Part shown: positions 9,909 to 17,341 of the stretch, piece by piece
How positions within the stretch are numbered: the first letter of the stretch is position 1
Layout of the letters: every line of letters starts with the position of its first letter
Source: an uncultured Selenomonadales bacterium
Lineage (GTDB): Bacteria > Bacillota > Negativicutes > Selenomonadales > Selenomonadaceae
Direction: 5' to 3'
Assembly: GCA_946406415.1 (NCBI GenBank)
Contig: CAMJKR010000001.1
Span: forward strand, 1 to 48,458
DNA: 48,458 bases
The notes under the pieces: generated by a model
Told to the model about the DNA's origin: nothing
What the model saw: only the letters and a program-made list of their open reading frames with translations
Databases searched by the model: none
Position numbers and translations under genes: made by a program

Positions 9909-10760
9909 TTATTTTGTGAGAGAACAAGCAAGTTCTTGAATTCGTTCAGAAGATAGTTGAGTTAATTCCTTAATTTTGTCAACGTTCATACCTGAACGAA
10001 TCATATTAAGAGCAACAGATTCAATACCGGCGTTAATACCTTCATCGCGTCCTTCATCAAAACGAGCTTGCAAAGCGTCGTCCATATTCCATTCTAGTGC
10101 CAGCATATTTAAAACCTCCTCGGCGTGTTTAACAAGATATTCGCCCATAATGTTGTTGTTGAGACAAAACTTAACAGCACGACTGATAGCTTTACGACTT
10201 GGTAATCCAAGTTTTATGCCTTCTTTGACTTTGCCGACAAGAATGCTGTAGTCGTTTAGATAATGGCAATGTTTAAGCAATGGTTGAGGTAAGCCGTAGT
10301 TTATATTGAAAGCAGTGACGATAAGCTCAAGAGAATTAGAGTCACCGTCAAAAGCATCAGAGAGGCGCATTTTTCTTTGTAATGGTTCATTTTTATCGCC
10401 ATTGTAAAGAACAAAGAATTTGGGCTTAGGAAACTTGATTAAGCCTTTATAGTAGAGCTTGTTTTTGTTCTTAACCAAATTGTTAAGAAGTTCGGCGACA
10501 TAAGAGAGGCACCGGAAAGGCATATTTTCATTGACAGTGGTCTGATGTTCAACAAGAATCAAGAAATGGTTGTCGATAGTGCAAGAAATATCATTTTTTT
10601 GCTTATCGAAGAAAATACCCTCAAGGGTGTTAATGTTCAATTCGTTTGGATTATCATATTTAGTGTCAAGAACAGCGTTGCAAAGGGAAAGAAGTCGCAT
10701 AGGATCATTGAAGTAGGAACGAAAGACCGAGTCGCGATACTGAGCATTAAAATTCGTCAT
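9909..10760 (-). CDS. Rpn-family recombination-promoting nuclease / putative transposase (PD-(D/E)XK)
   Basis: N-terminal YRDSVFRSYFNDPMRLLSLCNAVL...LEGIFFDKQKNDISC...LILVEHQT is the typical Rpn/transposase_31 pattern as I remember it. Confidence 0.7.
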   Translation of the reverse strand: MTNFNAQYRDSVFRSYFNDPMRLLSLCNAVLDTKYDNPNELNINTLEGIFFDKQKNDISCTIDNHFLILVEHQTTVNENMPFRCLSYVAELLNNLVKNKNKLYYKGLIKFPKPKFFVLYNGDKNEPLQRKMRLSDAFDGDSNSLELIVTAFNINYGLPQPLLKHCHYLNDYSILVGKVKEGIKLGLPSRKAISRAVKFCLNNNIMGEYLVKHAEEVLNMLALEWNMDDALQARFDEGRDEGINAGIESVALNMIRSGMNVDKIKELTQLSSERIQELACSLTK

Positions 10761-10915
10761 GCAATCACCCCGTGAGGATTATAGCACTGAAACTCAAGAT
10801 AATAAAGAGATTTTTAAACAATCCTGAAAAGTACACTTAAGCAAGTCGATTCTTCAATCCTGCTTAACTTTTTTCTCAATCGTTTAGCTGACTTCAATCT
10901 GTCCCGAAAAGCAAT

Positions 10916-10943
10916 GTGACTTTTAAAAAGTATCTGATATAAT
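10916..10943 (+). promoter_or_regulatory. candidate sigma70 promoter of the serine recombinase gene
   Basis: GTGACT (10916-10921), a 16-nt spacer, then TATAAT (10938-10943). Lies about 20 nt upstream of ATG 10965. Confidence 0.35.
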
Positions 10944-10964
10944 GGTATCGGAGATGAAGCTAAT

Positions 10965-11591
10965 ATGGCTAAGGAAATTTGGGGTTATGCGCGAGTATCC
11001 ACCAAAGAGCAGAATCTTGAACGTCAACTAGTCGAACTTCGCCGATATGTTTCAAAAGAAGAAAATATCATCTCGGACAAGAAGTCCGGCAAGGATTTCG
11101 AGCGGACGGGCTATAAGTCGCTTAAGGAGAGAGTCCGCGAAGGTGATGAGCTTTTCATAAAAAGCATTTATCGGCTTGGTCGCGACAAAGACGCTATCAA
11201 GGACGAATTACGGTTCTTCAAGGAAAAAGGCGTCATTGTCCACATTTTGAATTTCCCGCAGACAATGATAGAAGTGAGCGACGAACATCAGAAGAGCGTA
11301 ATGGAACTGGTCAACAACCTGCTGATTGAAGTTTTCAGCTTCATTGCGCAGGAGGAGCGAGAGAATATTCGACGGCGACAAGCGGAAGGTATAGCCCTGT
11401 GGCGCAAAACGGGAAAAACGAAAACGGGACGACCCTACGGTCGCCCTAAAATCCAATTCCCGTCTAATTGGAAGAAAATTTACGCGCTCTGGAAAGAGAA
11501 AAAGCTCAAGTCGAAAGAGGCTTGGTACTTACTCAAAATCTCTAAGAATGTCTTCTATCGCCTTGTTAAAGAATATGAGCAAAAAATTTAA
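10965..11591 (+). CDS. small serine recombinase (resolvase/invertase family)
   Basis: N-terminal GYARVSTKEQNLERQ catalytic-serine motif. Size of 208 aa with a C-terminal HTH-like tail (KEAWYLLKISKNVFYRLVK). Confidence 0.9.
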   Translation: MAKEIWGYARVSTKEQNLERQLVELRRYVSKEENIISDKKSGKDFERTGYKSLKERVREGDELFIKSIYRLGRDKDAIKDELRFFKEKGVIVHILNFPQTMIEVSDEHQKSVMELVNNLLIEVFSFIAQEERENIRRRQAEGIALWRKTGKTKTGRPYGRPKIQFPSNWKKIYALWKEKKLKSKEAWYLLKISKNVFYRLVKEYEQKI

Positions 11592-11639
11592 GAATATATT
11601 CTCCGTTCTTAAATAATCTTCAAGAATAAACTTGGCTAT

Positions 11640-11811
11640 TCAAGTTGTCGAAAAAAATGCCCTCAAGAGTGTTGGTGTTGAGTTTGTTAGCGTCGTGCAG
11701 TTGATGCCGAGAATAGCATTGAACCGTGACAATAATTTAGTCAGTTCGTTATCTTGAGAGTGAGTTTGACTTTGTAGGCGTTTACAGCGAAATCCTTGCG
11801 TAGTTTCTCAT
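11640..11811 (-). pseudogene. decayed 5' fragment of a second Rpn-family gene
   Basis: Nucleotide similarity to 10600-10700 of the intact Rpn gene. The translation gives KLLSRFNAIL ... then, after a 1-nt deletion, KLNTNTLEGIFFDNL (compare LLSLCNAVL...ELNINTLEGIFFDKQ). In-frame stops lie upstream, and homology ends after about 55 codons. Confidence 0.55.
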
Positions 11812-11879
11812 TATATGATAAACTATTCTTTAAGGTATAATTTTTCGTTTCGTTATAAGTACATTGGGAGTGGATAGTT

Positions 11880-14102
11880 TTGACGGATGATGAGAAAAAA
11901 GAAATACATTATGAATTGAAACGTTTTCGAGATAAGGTAGAAGATTTGCGTCGCTCTTTAGAACCACGTCAACTTTCACAAGAGGATTACATTAATTCTA
12001 TGGCAGATGATTCTTCTGAGTTTCTTTTTGAGATATTTAGTTGTAAAAATCAACCCGCAAATAATATTAGCCAAGAGGAGAAATGGCGGAGGCGTCGTGA
12101 AGAAGAATCTAGGAGGATTCAACAACAGATGGCGGAACACAATCTTAAGCTAGATTACTTGCGCCTTTTAGAATACTTTGACGACAATTTCTTAAAAATA
12201 TTGGAAAAAAATAATAGATGGGATGGTATTCAACTACTTTTTATTTTTTCCAAAGAACAAAGATGGCAAGAATTTGATGTAGCTAAACAATTAATAGCAT
12301 TCAACCGTTTTGATGATCTTTCCAATCTTGCAAAACTAAGGAAACAAGGTAGATGGGCAGATATTCAGACAGTTTGTAATTTGGCGTATTATGGGAATTG
12401 GAACGAAGTTACAATAAGACTAGCGGAAATGACAACATCACCAGAATCTCGTAATCTGTTTAATGAGCCCATTTTCACAGGCGAATTAAAAGATATGTAT
12501 CAACACTATCTTTTCTTAAAAGAAAATAACCGGATAGATGAAGCTAATAAAGTCTATAATGAGATATTTAATATTGTAGAAAGCAGGACAAAAAAGCTGA
12601 ATGCGGCACAGATTGATGTTCTTAAAACGGATGCGCTACACGGCTCAAATTCTATCAATCCCCCCTTTCAAGCTTCCTCGCAAGATGTGGAAAGTGCTTC
12701 AAATGAGAAATTAACCAAATCATTCTATGACGAGTGTGCGAATAGGTTCATCGAGGAATATCATTTGCTTTGTGGCGAAACGCCTGGCGACGACGGGAAA
12801 TACCCAGTTTATATTTGGGAGGAAAAGTTATGTCGTTATCGTCAAGTAGAAAATCTTACAGAGTTGTATAGTCGTCTTAAGAAGTTATCGCGTATCGTTT
12901 CATCAGAAATGGGATACGATAGACCGACATTGTTGCCGGATCAAAGAATAAGGGAGATTGTAGATAGTCTGATATATTCTTCTGAACTTACTATCGAAGA
13001 AAAGGGGATTAAGCAACCAAGAGAAGAACAAGTGTTTTTTCGGAACGGTTACTACGACCTGAGAGAAGGACAATTTTACCGAACCGACACAACTGGCTAT
13101 TTTCACCTTTTCTGTTTACCTTACGATTACGATGATAATGTTGGTGAGCCAGCGGTTTTTGATACTATGCTTGCCAACATGTTCAATGGTGACGAGAAAA
13201 AAATAGAGCTAAGTTATCAAATTATTGGTGCGATACTCTCTGATGTAACAAGGTTAAAATCGTTGTTTGTGTTCAAAGGCGTTCCGCACGGCGGCAAATC
13301 AACACTCGGCGATCTCATAGCATCTTTTTTGGCAGAGAATACAGTTGAATCTTTTCCGAATATGGATTCCATAGAAACGAGCAAAATTAAGCCCTATGAA
13401 CGCAACAGAAAGCTTTTGTACATTGACGATGCTCCGGATAAAGTTTGGAACAGTTCAACGGTTTCTTACTTAAAAAGTCGTTCAAGAGGATTGAGTGGAG
13501 CTAACGCTGTAGTTTTCAAAATTTTGTTTTGCACGAATTATGCTATATCGTGTAATACGGAAGAAGATAAAAAATCGCTAGAGGCGCGTTTGGTAATTTT
13601 GTCTTTCGATAATGACATGAAAGAATTTAACAAGAACCATGATACGTCAATAATTCAGCGAATGATTCGTTGCCATTTTGAGCTCGAACGTCAAGCCATA
13701 GTAAAAAAAGCATTGGAGCAATTCAAGGTTGTACTCGATAGAGGCGGTGAATTTACGAAGCTAGATGATAATTTGTCCAATGCAATTAGAATCTCTTCGT
13801 CACCAGTAATTCCGAGAAGTGCCGCGAAAGAAAACACTACACGCCAGACAATTAGTGACAAAAATGAAGCCGTATGTGACTTAATCCGCAAAAATTATGA
13901 ACGTACTGACGATCCAGAAAGATTTACAACACCGACAAGCATTCTTGATTTTATCATTAAGAAAATGCCAGATACCAATGGCAAAGAGGGAGAGGTAGGA
14001 AAAGTTGTGAGATTTGTATTTGGTAACGATGTCACAACCGGTAATAGGACGAAGGATGGCAAAACTCGTTACAAAATTACCTGCATAGACCCGCAACAAT
14101 AG
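11880..14102 (+). CDS. phage/plasmid primase, P4/D5 family C-terminal NTPase (SF3 helicase-like)
   Basis: FFRNGYYDLREGQF...YDYDD...LSYQIIGAIL...FVFKGVPHGGKSTLGDL (Walker A) ...KLLYIDDAP (Walker B). TTG start with GGGAGTGG upstream. Confidence 0.8.
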   Translation: MTDDEKKEIHYELKRFRDKVEDLRRSLEPRQLSQEDYINSMADDSSEFLFEIFSCKNQPANNISQEEKWRRRREEESRRIQQQMAEHNLKLDYLRLLEYFDDNFLKILEKNNRWDGIQLLFIFSKEQRWQEFDVAKQLIAFNRFDDLSNLAKLRKQGRWADIQTVCNLAYYGNWNEVTIRLAEMTTSPESRNLFNEPIFTGELKDMYQHYLFLKENNRIDEANKVYNEIFNIVESRTKKLNAAQIDVLKTDALHGSNSINPPFQASSQDVESASNEKLTKSFYDECANRFIEEYHLLCGETPGDDGKYPVYIWEEKLCRYRQVENLTELYSRLKKLSRIVSSEMGYDRPTLLPDQRIREIVDSLIYSSELTIEEKGIKQPREEQVFFRNGYYDLREGQFYRTDTTGYFHLFCLPYDYDDNVGEPAVFDTMLANMFNGDEKKIELSYQIIGAILSDVTRLKSLFVFKGVPHGGKSTLGDLIASFLAENTVESFPNMDSIETSKIKPYERNRKLLYIDDAPDKVWNSSTVSYLKSRSRGLSGANAVVFKILFCTNYAISCNTEEDKKSLEARLVILSFDNDMKEFNKNHDTSIIQRMIRCHFELERQAIVKKALEQFKVVLDRGGEFTKLDDNLSNAIRISSSPVIPRSAAKENTTRQTISDKNEAVCDLIRKNYERTDDPERFTTPTSILDFIIKKMPDTNGKEGEVGKVVRFVFGNDVTTGNRTKDGKTRYKITCIDPQQ

Positions 14103-14133
14103 TACGCGCACACGCACGCACATTCGGATCTAT

Positions 14134-14160
14134 AGCGTAAAATAACCGTTTATTTACGCT
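14134..14160. terminator. bidirectional hairpin between convergent genes
   Basis: AGCGTAAAATAA-ccg-TTTATTTACGCT stem-loop between the stop at 14102 (+) and the stop at 14282 (-). It is nested inside a 12-bp outer inverted repeat, ACACGCACGCAC (14110-14121) / GTGCGTGCGTGT (14181-14192). Confidence 0.45.
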
Positions 14161-14281
14161 GAGATTCGTGTATTTATCTCGTGCGTGCGTGTATGCAAGC
14201 CCTAAACCCAAATTGAGAAAAGAACTTCCCTGCAAAACGCAGGGAATATTTTTGTGCCACAACCCCAACTGTCATTAGATA

Positions 14282-14536
14282 TTACTTCTTGAGTTCCGAA
14301 ATAGAAAATATAGAATCAATGTTGCCGATGAGCAACGACTTGTCGACGCACTCGAAGTCTATGACCTCGTAGTCGAAAGCCAAGTTGCGAGCAATGTAAT
14401 CGGCGGCTTCTTCGGCGTTCTTGCACTTCTTGTTTTTAAAACCGAAAAATTCGTGTTTGTTCTCCAGCACGAGTTGCCACGACGTGAAGATTGCGGCGGC
14501 ATTAGAGCCGTACACTGCATAAAGACCACGTTTCAT
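14282..14536 (-). CDS. small protein with an RNase H1 N-terminal (Cauli_VI/viroplasmin-like) domain
   Basis: KRGLYAVYGSNAAAIFTSWQLV...FGFKNKKCKNAEEAADYI follows the (F/L)YAV..G...I(Y/F)tSW....(F/Y)K.f.s.eEA pattern. Overlaps the upstream HTH gene by 4 nt. Confidence 0.45.
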   Translation of the reverse strand: MKRGLYAVYGSNAAAIFTSWQLVLENKHEFFGFKNKKCKNAEEAADYIARNLAFDYEVIDFECVDKSLLIGNIDSIFSISELKK

Positions 14537-14757
14537 CGAGAATCACTACCTTTCAATTTAATGTCGGAAACGGCAGGACGACTGAAATTATCTGCCGCCC
14601 ATTTTTCAAGCTCACTTCTTTTGAACAGATAAGATTTGCCAAACTTCTTGGCGGGTATAACGCCTTGCCGAGTGAGCCGCAAAACTTTCATGTAATTGCA
14701 CTCGCCATTGAAGAATTCGGCGGCGACCTGCTTGGCGTTCAAAAATTCCTGTCCCAT
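14533..14757 (-). CDS. excisionase/MerR-type helix-turn-helix DNA-binding protein
   Basis: LNAKQVAAEF...VLRLTRQGVIPAKKFGKSYLFKRSELEKWA is the classical HTH_17/Xis-like signature. Confidence 0.7.
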   Translation of the reverse strand: MGQEFLNAKQVAAEFFNGECNYMKVLRLTRQGVIPAKKFGKSYLFKRSELEKWAADNFSRPAVSDIKLKGSDSR

Positions 14758-14862
14758 TTGCTATCATTCCTCCTTTTTACTCATATGTACTGTTGCTTTT
14801 CAATTTTTGCGAAAGACTTTCCGTCACTGCTCATCATTTTTAGCCACAAAAAAAAATTCAGC

Positions 14863-15387
14863 TCAAGCTGAGTCAACACGCTCTAAGCTATGCATTTCGA
14901 TTTTCTCAAAATCATGCTTGTTGAGGATGTCGTTAATCTTGAGCTTCAAATTTCTTAGCTCGTCGCGAGGTAGTGCGAATCGCTTGCCGTTTTGCATATT
15001 GATATTGTTAAGCACCATGTGCGCGTGCAAGTTGTCTGTGTTCGTGTGAATCGCTCCGATAATCTGGTAAGCTCCGCCGTCCAGAGTAGAAATCAAATCC
15101 ATGACTTCTTGGACACAACTATAGAAATCGTCAAGCCGCTCCGACTCAAAATCGTTGAGCGAAAGTATAAACTCCATAAACTGCCTGTACAGTAAGGTTT
15201 CATTTTTTTGCGATTGGTAACACCTTTTCACGAGTATCATTTCGTCGTAAGGATTAGTTGCCGAGAGGAAATTTGTAAAGATCAGCTCAGGCGAAGTGGA
15301 TGCCGGATTTAGAATGTAGTTCAATTTCGCCTTTAAGCTATGATTCTCGCCGACGGGAACGATTTTAAAAACAGCCATTTGAATCAC
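14863..15387 (-). CDS. relaxase/mobilisation nuclease domain protein (short, 174 aa)
   Basis: KLNYILNP near the N-terminus and the histidine triad HTNTDNLHAHMVLNNI (MobA/VirD2-type relaxase). Overlaps the mobC-like gene by 4 nt. Much shorter than typical relaxases. Confidence 0.7.
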   Translation of the reverse strand: MIQMAVFKIVPVGENHSLKAKLNYILNPASTSPELIFTNFLSATNPYDEMILVKRCYQSQKNETLLYRQFMEFILSLNDFESERLDDFYSCVQEVMDLISTLDGGAYQIIGAIHTNTDNLHAHMVLNNINMQNGKRFALPRDELRNLKLKINDILNKHDFEKIEMHSLERVDSA

Positions 15388-15818
15388 CTTAGTCCTTCAT
15401 AAATATTGTGTAGTCGCGCTTCTACTTCAAGTTCGTGATCCTTTTGCTGATCAAGCAAGTGAAGTATAAGCGTATTCATCTTCGCTTTTTGCAGAGAGAA
15501 GGTTTCCTTGAACTCTGGCGAAGTGGAGACTGGGTGTGCCCTTAACAGCTCCGAGTTTTGCTCTATAAGCTTGCTTAGGGTTTCTAATTTTTGCGCGAGG
15601 TTGTTATTATAGTTGCGCATGTCGTTGTGACAAGATTGAAGTTCTTTAACAATCTCGCCGCCGTTGTAAATCCGATTGATCGTTACCTTTGCAGCCGCTG
15701 TGCGGATAAAATCGCTGACACTGAGATTGGCTTCCTTAGCTTTGTCTTGAATCATCTTCCTATCTTCTTCTGTGAGTCTGGCATTGATTTGACACAGCTT
15801 GCCTTGCTTTTCAGCCAT
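15384..15818 (-). CDS. mobC: MobC-family relaxosome accessory protein (ribbon-helix-helix)
   Basis: INARLTEEDRKMIQDKAKEANLSVSDFIRTAA motif. Lies immediately upstream of the relaxase gene. Confidence 0.7.
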   Translation of the reverse strand: MAEKQGKLCQINARLTEEDRKMIQDKAKEANLSVSDFIRTAAAKVTINRIYNGGEIVKELQSCHNDMRNYNNNLAQKLETLSKLIEQNSELLRAHPVSTSPEFKETFSLQKAKMNTLILHLLDQQKDHELEVEARLHNIYEGLR

Positions 15819-16062
15819 ATAAATCCCTCCTGTATTAAAATATACACTACATATCTGGTATAGGGCTTGTATACTATATAGTTCTTAAGTAATTGATATT
15901 ATCATCAATTATTGTTATCTATCAGTATCCTATTACTATACATTCCTTATAGTAATTGCTAATGCTATACCATTATCTCATACAAGAAATTCTTTATACG
16001 TATCTTATATTTATGTACAGAGCTATTTAAAATTAAATTCGTTTCTTTTTAAATAAAAATTA

Positions 16063-16086
16063 GTCCCCTACTATCGAGTAGGGGAC
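16063..16086. other. perfect 10-bp hairpin in the mob-proximal intergenic region; candidate oriT inverted repeat
   Basis: GTCCCCTACT-atcg-AGTAGGGGAC lies in the AT-rich 360-bp gap upstream of the mobC-relaxase operon. No ORF here needs a terminator. Confidence 0.3.
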
Positions 16087-16180
16087 GTTTGCTGAGGTGT
16101 ATCTATTCTGGTAAAAAGTTAATCTAAGTGGTACACATCTCTTTCTTGCTTTTATGCTAGAATACTTTTGAGGTGAAGGT

Positions 16181-16564
16181 ATGGAAAAGATTGACGATTG
16201 CTTAGCGGAAATTCAATATATCGGGCTTAGGATTGCTTATTTCCGAAAATTGCGCAACTTGACTCAAGCCGACCTTGCCAACAAAGTTTCTATCAACAAA
16301 AATTATCTTTCACACATAGAGAGCGGCTCTGCCAATAAAGTCATGTCCTTGCCATTGCTTATAAGAATCTCTAAGGCACTCGATGTTGAGTTAGCATTGC
16401 TGGTTGACTTGAGTGATTTAGATAATTCTAAAAATGAAGTTCGCGAACAAATTACCGAGCTTAGGACTATGTTTGAAGAGATGAAACAATTTAACGCTGA
16501 ACTTAACGACATGATGGCTCAGCTGAACGATACGGATTACGACATTCCGGACGATTGCAAGTAA
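16181..16564 (+). CDS. XRE-family HTH transcriptional regulator
   Basis: IGLRIAYFRKLRNLTQADLANKVSINKNYLSHIESG, with an acidic coiled C-terminus. GAGGTGAAGG RBS. Confidence 0.85.
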   Translation: MEKIDDCLAEIQYIGLRIAYFRKLRNLTQADLANKVSINKNYLSHIESGSANKVMSLPLLIRISKALDVELALLVDLSDLDNSKNEVREQITELRTMFEEMKQFNAELNDMMAQLNDTDYDIPDDCK

Positions 16565-16568
16565 GTGT

Positions 16569-16796
16569 TCATTTCGGACTGGGATTATCGGTCAATCCCA
16601 AAATATAGTCCGTGCTGACGTTGTAAAGTTTGGCAAGAGCAATCAGATTGTCGACAGGCAAGTTGCGTTTTCCCGATTCATAGTAAGCGTAAAGGGATTG
16701 GGAGCAGTGAAGATAATCGGCGACTTTCTGTTGAGTCAGGTCGGCATCTTCTCTTAGGTCACGAATACGTGGGAATTTTCTACATACTTCGTTCAT
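16569..16796 (-). CDS. XRE-family HTH transcriptional regulator, divergent from the large operon
   Basis: IRDLREDADLTQQKVADYLHCSQSLYAYYESGKRNLPVDNLIALAKLYNVSTDYILGLTD. Start set to the internal ATG at 16796, because the longer ORF (to 16856) would cover the operon promoter and operator. Confidence 0.8.
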   Translation of the reverse strand: MNEVCRKFPRIRDLREDADLTQQKVADYLHCSQSLYAYYESGKRNLPVDNLIALAKLYNVSTDYILGLTDNPSPK

Positions 16797-16832
16797 AACA
16801 AGAAAAAGTATATAGAGGGAAAGTGGGCGGGA

Positions 16833-16861
16833 TTGATTTTTATGACTATAAGTCATATAAT
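16833..16861 (+). promoter_or_regulatory. sigma70-like promoter of the 16.9-36.5 kb operon
   Basis: TTGATT (16833-16838), a 17-nt spacer, then TATAAT (16856-16861). Lies 37 nt upstream of GTG 16899, which has a GGAGG RBS. Confidence 0.5.
16841..16857. promoter_or_regulatory. palindromic operator candidate overlapping the promoter spacer and -10
   Basis: TATGACT-ata-AGTCATA is a perfect 7-bp inverted repeat between the -35 and -10, adjacent to the divergent XRE gene. Confidence 0.45.
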
Positions 16862-16898
16862 CGCATTATTATTTTTCCTTTAAATTGGAGGATTTAAT

Positions 16899-17258
16899 GT
16901 GAAAAAATATTTGACGATCGACGCGAAGTTTAAATGCAACGCCTCCCCAAAAGTAGATTTTACTTGTTTGGAAAGCGTTAATAAAAAGGTCAAATACAAC
17001 GGCAAAATTGTTTTGACTGACAGCGTGAGGTTAATCGGTAGAGGGAAGTGCGAGCCGCTGACTTTAGCGGCGCAAGGAACTCCTATACCTTGTTGTTGTT
17101 CCTTGCAAGGTTGGCTTTCAACTGACAATGTAGCCAAAATTTGTGGAAAGTTTCTTCTGATTGAGAGTTCAAGAAATTTCTGCACGGCAACTCCCGTACC
17201 GGTTCCAATCACCGTTAAACAAAGTGGAACGAACGGAAAATTTTTTCATGGCGATTAA
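16899..17258 (+). CDS. DUF4280 domain protein (PAAR-like spike tip)
   Basis: LTIDAKFKCNASP...VKYNGKIVLTDS...GKCEPL...IPCCCSLQGW...AKICGKFLLIESSRNFC...ITVKQSG matches the DUF4280 pattern (conserved Cys, kingk..lt.dS, it..qsG) as I remember it. Encoded first in an operon that contains a VgrG-like gene. Confidence 0.7.
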   Translation: MKKYLTIDAKFKCNASPKVDFTCLESVNKKVKYNGKIVLTDSVRLIGRGKCEPLTLAAQGTPIPCCCSLQGWLSTDNVAKICGKFLLIESSRNFCTATPVPVPITVKQSGTNGKFFHGD

Positions 17259-17341
17259 AAAATGAGCTACATTAAAAAAACGGAAAGGACGTGAAAGACG
17301 TGACGACGAGTTTAAATTGACAAGATCGTTACGTCGATTTT

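Noticed and set aside
16880-17212. 110-aa minus-strand ORF overlapping the DUF4280 gene
   Set aside because: The plus-strand frame has the DUF4280 Cys pattern and a GGAGG RBS. The minus ORF has neither.
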